IMG/VR virus record: IMGVR_UViG_3300032218_002851
Location: 25,858-89,857 of that record
DNA length: 64,000 nucleotides
From: a virus
Lineage: Duplodnaviria; Caudoviricetes
Direction: 5' to 3' (one strand)
This document shows, piece after piece, positions 44,579 to 54,963 of this stretch. The notes below the pieces were generated by a model. It made no database searches, was not told the origin of the DNA, and saw only the letters and a program-made list of their open reading frames with translations. Numbering within the stretch: the stretch's first letter is position 1; every line of letters starts with the position of its first letter. A program made the position numbers and the translations under genes.

Positions 44579-45224
44579 TTGTAGATTTCCATTGTTCAAA
44601 TAAAGGATATAAAGAAATCCTTTTGAATTCCATTATATCAAAGGAATGTTTTAGTCCTAGATATATTTTTTTGTTTTCTGATAACACAAAGATATATTTA
44701 GAATAGCTGTGATCGCCAATGAACTTTGATAAATCTTGTTTATCTTTCACTAATGATAACACATATTGATTTTTTTCAGTATCATAAACGGATATCTTCT
44801 TACCTCGCCCAACCATGCCTCTCCATAATCTAGCAGCATCATCACTCAGCAATGCATCACTAGTAAACACCAGATTCATTTCATCTATATCTTCTTTTAT
44901 ACGCAAATATAAATCACTGGCATATGGCGTAGATTTTTTGGCGATCTCCGGATTTTTAGATGTCAACACCACTTTGCAAAATGCACCATTGGTTTCAGTG
45001 TCCACTATGATTGCAACTTTGGATGCATCACGATCTCCTAACCAATAAGTGCGTTGATTGCCTAGATCTGCGCAAAAAACATTCTGGTCGATTTCACGAA
45101 TATCTACACCTTCCGTCAAGTTTTCTCGGAGCATTTCTAGTTGAGCTAGGAAGTCATTGCCTCCTTGTACCAGCCAAGGAGACTCTGCTAGAAATGTTTT
45201 AAAGAAAATGTGGTAGGTATCCAT
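44571..45224 (-). CDS. hypothetical protein inserted between nrdA and nrdB
   Basis: ORF track; 217 aa. Confidence 0.7.
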   Translation of the reverse strand: MDTYHIFFKTFLAESPWLVQGGNDFLAQLEMLRENLTEGVDIREIDQNVFCADLGNQRTYWLGDRDASKVAIIVDTETNGAFCKVVLTSKNPEIAKKSTPYASDLYLRIKEDIDEMNLVFTSDALLSDDAARLWRGMVGRGKKISVYDTEKNQYVLSLVKDKQDLSKFIGDHSYSKYIFVLSENKKIYLGLKHSFDIMEFKRISLYPLFEQWKSTNV

Positions 45225-45227
45225 ATT

Positions 45228-47561
45228 CTATAACTTGCAAGATTCACATGAATCTTCTTCAATGACATCTATTATAACAGGAACTAACTCTGAGTTCACA
45301 GTATTCTGGTTATCTAGAACACTCTTGGCACCTGTTTTGTTTATTAATGAATAGTATATTGTCTTTAACCCATACTTGTGAGCTAACATCAGATTTTTAG
45401 CAATCAATGTGCCTGGCACTTTACCATCAGCAAAGTGCTTGGGTGAATAGAATGTGTTGGTACTGATGCTTTGGTCAATATACGCAGCTAGCACTGCTGC
45501 TGTTTTCAAATAATCAATACAGTCAGTTTGATCCCACATCAGTTGGTAACGATTGCGCAGTCTCTTGTATTCTGGCACAACCTGCACAAAGCTGCCAGCC
45601 TTGCTTTCCTTCACTGAAATCAGTTCCATAGGCATTTCAATGCCATTGGTGCTGTTCAAGGCAACGCTACTGCTTTCTACAGGTGCAACTGCCATAAGCG
45701 TAGCGTTGCGAATTCCATATTGCTTTAATCTTTCACGCAGAGTTTCCCAATCAAGTGTCGGTGTGAAATCCGTGAGTGTATCAACATTTGCATTGCGACG
45801 TTCCCATGGGAACACACCACGACCATACCAAGTGTTGGCGCTGCGTTCACAAGCACCGCGTTCTTTGGCTAGGTCGATACTGGCTTCTGTGAGATAATAA
45901 GCCTGATGTTCCATGAATCTCTTTACCATGGCCAGTGCTTCTGGTTCACCGTATTTAAGATTACGCTTGGCTAGAAAAAAAGCAAGATTAGTGATACCAA
46001 TGCCTAATGGTTCAAAGTCCTTATTTGCCAAACGACTTTGTACACTGAGAAAATCTTGATAGCCCAGCAGATTACTCAGACTGCGCACCAAGATTCTGCA
46101 AGCCTTGCGCATTTCTTGCGGATTTCGGAAACTTCCCCAATTTATTGAGCCGAGTGTGCACAGGGCTATCCTGCCCGTCGGATCTTCAATACGTTGGAAC
46201 GGCTTGGTGGGCAGCAGAATCTCTTGACACAAATTGCTTTGATAAATTGGATCTGTTGCTGTATCAAATGGTCCTTGGTTGATCACATTATCGATATTGA
46301 CCAAATAAATACGACCAGTGTCAGTGCGTTCCTTGAGAATACCGTTCTTGAATATTTCTTCAGCACGAACAGTTTTCTTTTTTATCTCAGGCGTTGTTTC
46401 ATATTTGACATACAGTTCTTCAAATCTCTGAGTATCACGATAAAAGGCTTCATATAAATCAGGCACATCGTGTGGGTCAAACAGTGTGATGTTTTCACCG
46501 TTCTTATAGCGGCGCCAAAACATTGCATTGACAACAACACTATAATCCATTTGACGAACACGAGTTTCTTCTGTGCCTTGATTGTTTTTCAGCACGATCA
46601 AATCTTCAAACTGATAATGCCAAATTGGAAAAGTCACCGTGCAACTTGCATTGCGCAGGCCACCCTGGCTGCAACTGCGCAGATCAGCAAACCATTTTTT
46701 CAAGAAGGGAATCAACCCAGTATGCTTGATTTCACCGTTACGAATCGGTGCACCCACTGGTCTGATCCTGCCTATTTCTAGACCAATGCCTGCGCGTTTA
46801 CTGGCATACTTGGCCATCATCTCGCCAGCAGCAAATATACTGTCCAGAGTATCATCACTGCTTATCAACACGCAACTGCTAAATTGCTTAGTAGGTGTGC
46901 CTAATCCTGCCAAAACTGGAGTAGCCAGCGTAAAATGGCCTTCACTAGCGCATTCATAATATTCTTTGACTAATTTTAGTCGAGTATCAGCAGATTCAGC
47001 GTGAAATGCAGTGGCAGCAGCAACAGCATAACGTACCTGAGGTGTTTCATAAATTTGACCAGTAGCTCGATTCTGAACCAAATACTTTTCAGTCAACTGA
47101 GCAATAGCAGCATAAGCGTAGTTTTCATCTTTGCTGTGGTCTATAAACAAATCAATGATATTCCATTCATCTTCTGTATACCATTGCAGCAATTCCGGCG
47201 TGTACATGCCGACTTCTACGTTGCGACGCACGATTTCATATAATTTGGGCGGATCATACGTACCATAAACTTCTTTGCGTAACATGCTAACTCGCTGACG
47301 ACCAGCAACATACTGATAGTTGGTGTTGTTGATTTCAGGATTTTCTGATTCATCAATCAAATTCACCATTGCTTTCAATAATAGTTCGTCAATAACTTCA
47401 GTGCTGATGCCATCATGTAGTTCGATCTGAGCCTTGATTTCAATCATACTGGGACTCACACCTTCTATGCCTCTGCAATCATGGGCTACTTGTCTTTGAA
47501 TTTTGCTGATGTCTAATGGAACACGCTCACCGTTGCGTTTGATAACTTGAATATAACTCAT
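45228..47561 (-). CDS. nrdA: ribonucleotide reductase class Ia alpha subunit with ATP cone
   Basis: VIKRNG ATP cone, ATPVLAG, FSSC, SNLCQEI, CTLGSINW, APVESSS, C-terminal CESCKL. Confidence 0.97.
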   Translation of the reverse strand: MSYIQVIKRNGERVPLDISKIQRQVAHDCRGIEGVSPSMIEIKAQIELHDGISTEVIDELLLKAMVNLIDESENPEINNTNYQYVAGRQRVSMLRKEVYGTYDPPKLYEIVRRNVEVGMYTPELLQWYTEDEWNIIDLFIDHSKDENYAYAAIAQLTEKYLVQNRATGQIYETPQVRYAVAAATAFHAESADTRLKLVKEYYECASEGHFTLATPVLAGLGTPTKQFSSCVLISSDDTLDSIFAAGEMMAKYASKRAGIGLEIGRIRPVGAPIRNGEIKHTGLIPFLKKWFADLRSCSQGGLRNASCTVTFPIWHYQFEDLIVLKNNQGTEETRVRQMDYSVVVNAMFWRRYKNGENITLFDPHDVPDLYEAFYRDTQRFEELYVKYETTPEIKKKTVRAEEIFKNGILKERTDTGRIYLVNIDNVINQGPFDTATDPIYQSNLCQEILLPTKPFQRIEDPTGRIALCTLGSINWGSFRNPQEMRKACRILVRSLSNLLGYQDFLSVQSRLANKDFEPLGIGITNLAFFLAKRNLKYGEPEALAMVKRFMEHQAYYLTEASIDLAKERGACERSANTWYGRGVFPWERRNANVDTLTDFTPTLDWETLRERLKQYGIRNATLMAVAPVESSSVALNSTNGIEMPMELISVKESKAGSFVQVVPEYKRLRNRYQLMWDQTDCIDYLKTAAVLAAYIDQSISTNTFYSPKHFADGKVPGTLIAKNLMLAHKYGLKTIYYSLINKTGAKSVLDNQNTVNSELVPVIIDVIEEDSCESCKL

Positions 47562-47573
47562 TGATGCCCTTTT

Positions 47574-48023
47574 TTAGTATTGTTTTAGTTTTAGATCGTC
47601 ACTACTGAATCTGTATAAGAGTTTCAGCGTATTATCGATATGTGAGTTATTTACGACTTCACCAGGAATCATATTAATAACATATTTTCCATCGTTAAAA
47701 AAAGCTAAATTGTAATTGTAACGACTAACCAAATCTTGATATATCCTCAATTCAGCATTTAACTGAGATCCGTGTTCACTAAAGCAAATAGTATAAATTA
47801 TTCCTAATGCTTTTGCAATATCACAGTAGTAATTATCGGTAATTAAAGTCCACGGATCAGGCCAATCTTCATTTTTTTCAGAATCTAAATAATATGGCGT
47901 GAAAGGAGCAGTGTCCCATAGCTGAACTGTCTCTATGAGCGCATCATCCAGGCTCATTACACCTAGATTATTTCGAAAATCACGCCAACGAATAAGTCGC
48001 TCGTCGGCTTTTAGTTTCCACAT
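47574..48023 (-). CDS. conserved phage hypothetical protein
   Basis: ORF track; WPDPWTL...YCDIAKALG. Confidence 0.7.
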   Translation of the reverse strand: MWKLKADERLIRWRDFRNNLGVMSLDDALIETVQLWDTAPFTPYYLDSEKNEDWPDPWTLITDNYYCDIAKALGIIYTICFSEHGSQLNAELRIYQDLVSRYNYNLAFFNDGKYVINMIPGEVVNNSHIDNTLKLLYRFSSDDLKLKQY

Positions 48024-48026
48024 ACT

Positions 48027-48560
48027 TTAAGTCGGTGTGTGTACCGTATATGTAATAGTAGTTGATGTTGTAGTTGAATAATTCAAATTAGCATAAGAAC
48101 TATTAGAGTCCATTGTAAATGTTATGTCAGTATCTGCAGGTTCAGTATATTCTTCATCATATGCAATCGAGGTTGAGTTATGTGATACCCTTAGTAATCC
48201 TGTTCTTCTGTTTGCACCTTGATATAGGGAATAGCTTACAGTAGCAGCATTTGCATATAATCCGATTAACAATCCAGAGCTGGCAGCGGCGAGCGTTACG
48301 GTATTGGTCACTGGTACTTGAGCTGCCAGAACACCTACATTTGCGTTTAGATTATTAATTTGAGTTGTGATATCAACAATTGAATGTTCGGTCAATATTT
48401 CAGTTAGGCCTAGTGCGGGTGCGCCTTCTTCTAATGTACCGTTGCCGATATATAACTGTTGCGTGTCTACGCTCCAACCAAGTTCTGCACTAGATAACTG
48501 TGGTAGATCTTGTTGAAGACCTCTACGGTGTTGTATTTTTGAAATCTGAACTACAGCCAT
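48027..48560 (-). CDS. virion structural protein with fibre-type N-terminal domain
   Basis: MAVVQISKIQHRRG...AELGWSVDTQQLYIGNG; AAGGA RBS; late motif. Confidence 0.65.
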   Translation of the reverse strand: MAVVQISKIQHRRGLQQDLPQLSSAELGWSVDTQQLYIGNGTLEEGAPALGLTEILTEHSIVDITTQINNLNANVGVLAAQVPVTNTVTLAAASSGLLIGLYANAATVSYSLYQGANRRTGLLRVSHNSTSIAYDEEYTEPADTDITFTMDSNSSYANLNYSTTTSTTITYTVHTPT

Positions 48561-48580
48561 GACAATAATCCTTTATTACA

Positions 48581-49285
48581 CTATTTATTCATCAACAAAT
48601 AGTATGTCTCTACTCTACTATGCATTTCCTGTTCATAAAATTTCCATTCATTTCCTTCAATCGTAAATTCTTGATATCGGGGAGTTGCATCTGGATTCTC
48701 TGGTTGGGCACACATCAGAATTACGCCTGTTTTTATTTCTGTATTAAACATATGGTTATGTGCTGTTGCATAAAATAAAAGCTGTAGAAAATAATCGTCA
48801 ATCCATTCCTTCTTTTTGGGCTTATTTGTTTGTTTGAAGTCTAAAATAGCAGGTTTTCCCTTCCAAATACCCACACAATCAGTAGTGCCAGCATAAAGAC
48901 CACTGTAGTATACAGGCACCTCGGTTCCCCAAAATTCATCCACGTGCTGTAGACCTTCAAGGATCACTTGGGCAGCCATGTACCAGCTTGGCTGTGCATA
49001 AGGATTAGTAGGCAGAGGTTTCATATCATCCGAAAGAATGTAATTCTCTAAATATGAGTGCATACGAGTACCTCGATTAGCAGCTTCTGTTACTATCTGC
49101 TGCGCTTTCTCCTCTCCCATTCTTTTTTTCCATTGATTGAGTGCTTGCTTCTTTTCTTCAGGCTTTGTCTTGTCGAGGATAGTAGTAACCGAGGGAACTT
49201 TTGATCCATCAGGTAAACAATAGTGTCTTTTACCGTCTATTGTGGTTCTGTCTAGTGGTGAATAATCATATTTTTTAGTTATCAT
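48581..49285 (-). CDS. PD-(D/E)XK exonuclease (Cas4/RecB-like)
   Basis: PSVTTIL, RGTRMH, YAGTTDC, ILDFKQ, QLLFY. Confidence 0.85.
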   Translation of the reverse strand: MITKKYDYSPLDRTTIDGKRHYCLPDGSKVPSVTTILDKTKPEEKKQALNQWKKRMGEEKAQQIVTEAANRGTRMHSYLENYILSDDMKPLPTNPYAQPSWYMAAQVILEGLQHVDEFWGTEVPVYYSGLYAGTTDCVGIWKGKPAILDFKQTNKPKKKEWIDDYFLQLLFYATAHNHMFNTEIKTGVILMCAQPENPDATPRYQEFTIEGNEWKFYEQEMHSRVETYYLLMNK

Positions 49286-49578
49286 TGATTTGGTACTAAT
49301 AGTGTTTTATAGCAATAGCAATAGTTATCCCAAATCGTTACATAATGATAAACATATGAATACGGATTAGGGAACGTCGGAGCTACATAAACTGCTGGGG
49401 GGACGTATACTTGTGGAGGCGAATAGTATGGGCGACTCAGACCATATCCTATTAGGCTACCGATGATAGCAGGTGCTACCCAATCAGATTGTCCGGTATA
49501 ACGATAATATCCGCGAGCTTGAACTTGATTGCAAAAGACTAAAGTACCTAACAGTAAAGAAAAAATAAACTTTTTCAT
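49282..49578 (-). CDS. small secreted Tyr/Pro-rich protein
   Basis: Signal peptide; WVAPAIIGSLIGY; AGGAGGA RBS before ATG 49578. Confidence 0.7.
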   Translation of the reverse strand: MKKFIFSLLLGTLVFCNQVQARGYYRYTGQSDWVAPAIIGSLIGYGLSRPYYSPPQVYVPPAVYVAPTFPNPYSYVYHYVTIWDNYCYCYKTLLVPNQ

Positions 49579-49630
49579 TTGTGAATCCTCCTGTATTGAT
49601 AATACTATCAAGAGGATTATATGTCAAGTC

Positions 49631-50056
49631 TTAGGCGCTGCGGGCTGCCCTTTTTGCCATGCTAGAGACAGTTTTTTCTGGCGCAGTTTTAATGGCTTCA
49701 GCTTCATCTCCAGTCTCAGGAGTTTCCGCATTCGATTCAATCGGCTTGATAAAGACATATTTGATTCCTTCGTCGTTGTCCTTTATATCACCGATGATAT
49801 TTTGGACTGTTTCGTTATTTTTCTTAGCATCCATCAATGCATCTAGATCGAACGCTTCTCCGCCAGGCTGTGATTTCACCAGTTCTAACAACGCATCTAC
49901 TCGGATTTTGGGTATTTCTGCATGATCTGCGTTAAATTGCAGTTCATGCAGAATGTTAATCAAAGCAGAATCAGAAATACGATCAGCGTCATCTTCTATA
50001 TAATCGCCAATTTCACGAGATTCATTGACTGCGTTTAAAATTTCAAAAAAACGCAT
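49631..50056 (-). CDS. acidic hypothetical protein
   Basis: ORF track; MRFFEIL N-terminal motif. Confidence 0.7.
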   Translation of the reverse strand: MRFFEILNAVNESREIGDYIEDDADRISDSALINILHELQFNADHAEIPKIRVDALLELVKSQPGGEAFDLDALMDAKKNNETVQNIIGDIKDNDEGIKYVFIKPIESNAETPETGDEAEAIKTAPEKTVSSMAKRAARSA

Positions 50057-50739
50057 TAGCGACGCTCTCTTCCTAGTTCTTGGGTACCGCCTGCAGCAGC
50101 AGCTTCGGCGCCAAATTCATCTTCTGCGGATGCACCTTGTACTTCTCCTGCAGCTATTTCAGTTGGCATCCCCATTTCAGTTCCAGGTAATGCCATTTCA
50201 GCACCGCCAACCTCTTCACCAGCCAGTGTGCGAGCAGCAGTATCTGCTTGTTCGCGGCCAGTAGTAATAGCATCATACAGATTTTTTAACACCGGCGAAA
50301 TAGCACCCTTGAATTGTTCAGCTTTGTCAGTTCCGATCTGATCACGAATAGCATCGATCAATGCTGGCATTTGCTCATTCTGCATCTTGCTAACTTTTTC
50401 TAGCATGTCTTGTACACTATCTACCATATCTTTGGCAGCTAGAATAGCTTCGCTTTTGGCTAATTCGCTTTCCATAATGAACTTACTTTCATTGGAAATC
50501 ATCCAGCGATGTAGATTTTCACGAACCATCACCATTTCCATATAGCTTGGATCACGCTCAGCTTTATGAATCTTGTGAGTACGTTTATACGCATCTAAGC
50601 CTTCTGTGATACCTTTGGCTAGAGCAACAGCATTTTTCATAGTCAAGTTATCGAAATCAATCTTGAATCCAAAACGACTTTCCATAATGCGATTAATTTT
50701 TTTCACATCAATATTTTTATTCATTTCATTTAGTAGCAT
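50056..50739 (-). CDS. acidic helical protein, possible prohead core/scaffold
   Basis: Late motif at 50764; several I/L-x-E sites; acidic Gly/Ala tail; start moved to MLLNEM. Confidence 0.55.
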   Translation of the reverse strand: MLLNEMNKNIDVKKINRIMESRFGFKIDFDNLTMKNAVALAKGITEGLDAYKRTHKIHKAERDPSYMEMVMVRENLHRWMISNESKFIMESELAKSEAILAAKDMVDSVQDMLEKVSKMQNEQMPALIDAIRDQIGTDKAEQFKGAISPVLKNLYDAITTGREQADTAARTLAGEEVGGAEMALPGTEMGMPTEIAAGEVQGASAEDEFGAEAAAAGGTQELGRERR

Positions 50740-50741
50740 GG

Positions 50742-51293
50742 TCAATGTTCCCACAGTTTAATATATTTAGCACTCTTTATTGTTTTTCGCAATTGATCTT
50801 CAGAAGAGTACAGTTTCATGGCAGAATGCTGATGCCTTGATCTATAAAGTGTTATATTAAAGTCATCTTTTGCAGTCATAGCTCTTTTTATACAGTTTTC
50901 ATATGTTTTTATATCATTTCTGAGTTTTACTATATCTCGACTTAGCCTGCTTAATTTCATGGCAGTAGTAATATAACCCATCTGTTGACATAAGCTATAG
51001 AAAATAGCTGATTGATGATCTGGAAATATCTGTTTCTTTTCATCGTTTCTATCATATCTCTGCCAAATTCCTGCTTCTTCTTTTAATTTATCGTTGCCTA
51101 TGCGATATCCACCACACTCTAAAGGCCAACAGACTGGTAATTTTTTATTATCGATTAAATTTTTAAGTTCTAACTGAGTCCATTGAGCAATATATTCAGC
51201 TGCTGCAGATATTATTTGATCTGCTTGTGCTTTGGATACGCCTGTAGATTCTGTATTTTTATTGTATTTTTTTCTTGAAGTATGTTTTGCCAT
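50742..51293 (-). CDS. hypothetical protein
   Basis: ORF track; start uncertain. Confidence 0.6.
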   Translation of the reverse strand: MAKHTSRKKYNKNTESTGVSKAQADQIISAAAEYIAQWTQLELKNLIDNKKLPVCWPLECGGYRIGNDKLKEEAGIWQRYDRNDEKKQIFPDHQSAIFYSLCQQMGYITTAMKLSRLSRDIVKLRNDIKTYENCIKRAMTAKDDFNITLYRSRHQHSAMKLYSSEDQLRKTIKSAKYIKLWEH

Positions 51294-51468
51294 CTTTTTT
51301 CGATCGTTTCAGTACATCCTTATTGACTAACTGATTGGCTATTACCTGTTGTCTTTCGTCTAGATCGGTGCGCTTGATTTCGACGTTTTCATCAAAAATT
51401 TGAAGAACATCTGCTTCTTCGTTGTTCAATGGTAAAGCTATCTTATTTAAGAGTTCTACGATCTTCAT
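51259..51468 (-). CDS. small hypothetical protein
   Basis: ORF track; MKIVEL motif. Confidence 0.65.
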   Translation of the reverse strand: MKIVELLNKIALPLNNEEADVLQIFDENVEIKRTDLDERQQVIANQLVNKDVLKRSKKDGKTYFKKKIQ

Positions 51469-51470
51469 GA

Positions 51471-51788
51471 TTATTTAGAAAAATGAACTAGTGATGTGAT
51501 TATACCGGTGATCAAAACACCTATAATAGTAGTACCAATGGTGATGATTGTCTTGTAGCTGCCACTTTCACTACCGTCGAGTTTGTTACTTATATCCACT
51601 AGATATTTCTCGAACTTCTCCATTCTAGATTCTAGACTGTTTAATTTATTTTCCAAGTTCGTATACCTCTCGGCACATAATTCTACATGCGCTTCAAGGC
51701 TCTTTTTTTCTATTTGAGTAGATGACATGGCTTTATTTTTCCTTTTTTTCTCTCGATGCTCGTTTAAGTTGCCTATGTTATTTGCCAT
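51471..51788 (-). CDS. coiled-coil protein with C-terminal TM helix
   Basis: SLEAHVELCAERY coiled coil; TIITIGTTIIGVLITGII TM segment. Confidence 0.7.
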   Translation of the reverse strand: MANNIGNLNEHREKKRKNKAMSSTQIEKKSLEAHVELCAERYTNLENKLNSLESRMEKFEKYLVDISNKLDGSESGSYKTIITIGTTIIGVLITGIITSLVHFSK

Positions 51789-51842
51789 GATTTAAGAGCC
51801 TAATTAGTGTCAAGTTGCATCTAGTGATGTATTTATCAAGTA

Positions 51843-52265
51843 TTATACTATTCCTGTAGGTCTGAAAATGATATTCTTGATCGCTCCTTCACAATAAAAT
51901 ATAGGCAGCAAAAACTTCGCAGTTTCATCTAAGCCAGTTATAACAGGTACTTGATTAAAGCAATTTTTTAATCTACCTAATGAATCATCGTGTTGAGCAA
52001 ATACATTTTCATGTTCAACTGCAAATCTAAAACTCCATATCTTTTGAACTCCTGTATACATTTCACCAAAGTTTAAATTTTTTAATTCATGTTCTAAAAC
52101 AAAACCCTGCTCAATATTAAATGGCTGGGACAAGATACTGATAGTCTGGATTACTGTTTCCCAGTTACGTTGTTGGTCACGACGATGATTATCCCCCTTT
52201 GAGCGAGTCACGCCCGTGTTGGTAATGTCTACCAATGTCGCCGCAAAATACGTTTGATAACTCAT
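51843..52265 (-). CDS. conserved phage hypothetical protein
   Basis: TLVDITNTG...RDQQRNWETVIQ; start moved to MSYQTY. Confidence 0.7.
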   Translation of the reverse strand: MSYQTYFAATLVDITNTGVTRSKGDNHRRDQQRNWETVIQTISILSQPFNIEQGFVLEHELKNLNFGEMYTGVQKIWSFRFAVEHENVFAQHDDSLGRLKNCFNQVPVITGLDETAKFLLPIFYCEGAIKNIIFRPTGIV

Positions 52266-52281
52266 ACAGATACTTATACCG

Positions 52282-52311
52282 AAAAAAAAGCGCATCAATG
52301 ATGCGCTTTTT
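52282..52311 (-). terminator. intrinsic terminator
   Basis: AAAAAGCGCAT / ATGCGCTTTTT with a long T tract on the minus strand. Confidence 0.8.
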
Positions 52312-52331
52312 CGTAGTAGATTTTCACTACA

Positions 52332-52769
52332 TTAGGCTAGCTTGATACCGCCTGTGCTGCTGACTGCTGTGCCACCACCGACATAGCAGTTGCCATATGC
52401 GCCGATGTTGCCAGTTGGCAGAGAAGCAAGTAGGGTTGCATCAGACCAGCTGCTGCGTTCTAGTAGAACGCTCAACTGAGCATTGGCATCTACCTGATAG
52501 GCAAGGATGCTTGCATTTGCAGAAATTGCACGTAGAATTGTTTCTACAGCGCCAGACACGCCTGAACCATTTGGGCTGCCTAATTCAGCAGCTAGATTAC
52601 CTAGGCCAAGTCCTGCGCCAGCCGAATCGCCGTTAAGACCAGTGATTTTTACTGCGCTCAGAGGAGCAGCAATACCAGTGTTGATAATTTTAGCATTAGC
52701 TTGATTGTAACCAGCGTCTACATTAACTACGCCGATTGAGTTACCGTTTACACGATTAAAAGTTGCCAT
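52332..52769 (-). CDS. probable abundant virion structural protein
   Basis: Own late motif, AGGAGA RBS and terminator; Ala/Gly/Asn-rich. Confidence 0.65.
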   Translation of the reverse strand: MATFNRVNGNSIGVVNVDAGYNQANAKIINTGIAAPLSAVKITGLNGDSAGAGLGLGNLAAELGSPNGSGVSGAVETILRAISANASILAYQVDANAQLSVLLERSSWSDATLLASLPTGNIGAYGNCYVGGGTAVSSTGGIKLA

Positions 52770-52838
52770 TTTATTTTTCTCCTAAAAATGATGAGCGATT
52801 GATCGCTACATGCTAATATTTATACCGATACGATAAAA

Positions 52839-53951
52839 TCAAGGGTTTCTAGCAAAATTGGCTGCAGAAAAAGTTGCTCTGTTTACTAGTTTGATCAGAC
52901 CTTGTGATGTAGCAAAAACATATCCTTCACCGCCAAGTTGATTTCCTATACGGGCGTGAACTGTTTTCTGTTGCGAATCTAATTGTTTGATATAGTCATC
53001 TTTGATATTTAGAATAGTTTGAAATATACTCAGTGTACCATTCAACCCAGCAGCGTGTTGATATAAATAACCTTCATTATCTGAACCGACCAACATCTTT
53101 AGTTTATTTTCTGTGACGTTGCCAGGTAGCCAGTCGATAAAACTGCGAGTTTCACCGCGAACACGAGCATTAATGTATTTTTGAAGTAATGCGCCTAAAT
53201 CTTTAATTTTGAGATTAGTTAATGTAGTAATGTCCAGCATCTTGTCTACTGCTGGACCGTAACTATTTATCGCTTTTTCTGCAGATTTTACTAACTGTAC
53301 AGGTTCTTTTAACGTGATTTGATCTGGCATGTTAGGTGTAAGGATACATAGTGGTCCATCCAGTTTTAATTCACCTGTTCCTTTTAATATTTGTGGTTCA
53401 ACATCAAAGTCTGGAAAAAATTGATGAACCACAATACCACCCACGCTTTTAGAAATTCTACGACCAAGGTCTGATTGTACAGCCACTGTATAAGTCACAG
53501 TATTGGGTGTGAACTGATAATGATCTCGTTGTGGTGTCAATTTACCTGTCCATAATAAATCTCCCCAATAATAACCTTTGCTAGTTTTAGGTACAGCCTG
53601 CTCAAACGCAGGCCAAAGAATCTGCAGCTTCTGATACAAATCACCACGATTTGCACCACGATTCACATCATATTGCACAAAATCTTTGACGCTGGTTACC
53701 CTTCCTGAACCATCTTTTTTGGTAAACATATGCTTGTCTGCTACTACTAACTGACCATCTGCATTGCGACCAAATACCAATGCTGGAAATCCATCCCATT
53801 TAATGGTGAGATCATTGGTCTTAGCAGGCACTTCTTTTAATGCAGACAGTGCTTGTCGAGCGCCATTTGAACCATCACTGAAAATAAGATCTTCTGGATG
53901 ATCAATACGAGCACCCTCATTCAGCGTTTGAATGAACTCAAGCATCATCAT
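52839..53951 (-). CDS. ligase/capping-enzyme-fold protein with KxDG motif (DUF6267-like)
   Basis: IDHPEDL, LTIKWDGFPALVFG, YYWGDLLW, GGEGYV, IKLVNRATFS. Confidence 0.65.
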   Translation of the reverse strand: MMMLEFIQTLNEGARIDHPEDLIFSDGSNGARQALSALKEVPAKTNDLTIKWDGFPALVFGRNADGQLVVADKHMFTKKDGSGRVTSVKDFVQYDVNRGANRGDLYQKLQILWPAFEQAVPKTSKGYYWGDLLWTGKLTPQRDHYQFTPNTVTYTVAVQSDLGRRISKSVGGIVVHQFFPDFDVEPQILKGTGELKLDGPLCILTPNMPDQITLKEPVQLVKSAEKAINSYGPAVDKMLDITTLTNLKIKDLGALLQKYINARVRGETRSFIDWLPGNVTENKLKMLVGSDNEGYLYQHAAGLNGTLSIFQTILNIKDDYIKQLDSQQKTVHARIGNQLGGEGYVFATSQGLIKLVNRATFSAANFARNP

Positions 53952-54963
53952 TCGCAAATAACTCCTTTACATGTGCTAGACCATGCATGATTTTTTTCTT
54001 GTCTTCTTCTGCGCGAGCAATTGCTTCGGGTGTATGAGCCTTGTCTCGTTTTTTAGCTTGGATTTCTTTTAAAGCTTTTCCTTGGTAGATTTCCCAGAAT
54101 CTGTCTAAAAAGTCATTCTTGTCGCGATAGTTAGCTAGATCGCCTTTGCCGTACATACGATTGATTTCAAAGCTCTCAGCCATGCCTTTGATTGCTTTAA
54201 CTAGATTACTGATCTTGATTTCTTCAATATCACTGCCAGGATGTTGTTTTAGCAATGTGGATATGCGAGGTTTTTCTATAGCCATCATTTCAGCTTCATG
54301 TTTGAAAATATCTAAAACAAAATTTTCGATATCAGTGGTCAAAGTAACCAATTCATAATTCTTGCGAGTAGAAGAATAAGGCTGCTTGACTCGATCTCTG
54401 ACTTTAAATTGAACGCCAGCGTGTTGAATACTCATAGTCAACATCTCACCTAATACACTGAACATGTTGCCGTTTAACAACCCCTTCACCCCACGTTCGG
54501 GTGTGACACGATAACGTCCCCATTTCTCTAATCTTTGTGGGTGAATCATCATGTCTACCTGAACCCATGCATCATCGCCAACTTTCAAAATTGGATGACC
54601 GGGTTCACTATCTGAATGTATGTAATCCGGCTGTGTTTCTTTCACAAACTGATCTTCAAGTTTGTACCATTCGCCTTGCATTTGACTAGTTGTTTTATCT
54701 TCAGCAGAATCTGCAACTATAATCTGTAGATCAATGTCACCGTAGATTTTATCTTCCGGATCAACATTATGATAAGTGCTTGAGCCAGTTGGAGCACCAA
54801 TTCTCACAGGTTGCTGGCCTTTGCTCTTCAGCCAATAGTTAAATTGATTGATAAAATGCTGCATATTTTGCAATGCGATTTTAACAATTTTTGGCGTGAT
54901 TACTGTTTTTTGTGTTACTTCAGTGTCCCATCCACCTTCTAATATTATTTCATGAAATCTCAT
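53938..54963 (-). CDS. Pol-beta-like nucleotidyltransferase
   Basis: PTGSSTY...YGDIDLQ...VQVDMM. Confidence 0.6.
   Translation of the reverse strand: MRFHEIILEGGWDTEVTQKTVITPKIVKIALQNMQHFINQFNYWLKSKGQQPVRIGAPTGSSTYHNVDPEDKIYGDIDLQIIVADSAEDKTTSQMQGEWYKLEDQFVKETQPDYIHSDSEPGHPILKVGDDAWVQVDMMIHPQRLEKWGRYRVTPERGVKGLLNGNMFSVLGEMLTMSIQHAGVQFKVRDRVKQPYSSTRKNYELVTLTTDIENFVLDIFKHEAEMMAIEKPRISTLLKQHPGSDIEEIKISNLVKAIKGMAESFEINRMYGKGDLANYRDKNDFLDRFWEIYQGKALKEIQAKKRDKAHTPEAIARAEEDKKKIMHGLAHVKELFANDDA

Noticed and set aside
43478-47561. Introns or inteins in nrdA/nrdB (also considered for the helicase)
   Set aside because: ORFs are continuous and of normal length, with no intein splice motifs
48581-49285. 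Cas4-like nuclease as part of a CRISPR-Cas system
   Set aside because: No cas1, cas2 or array; a solo PD-(D/E)XK exonuclease is common in T4-like phages
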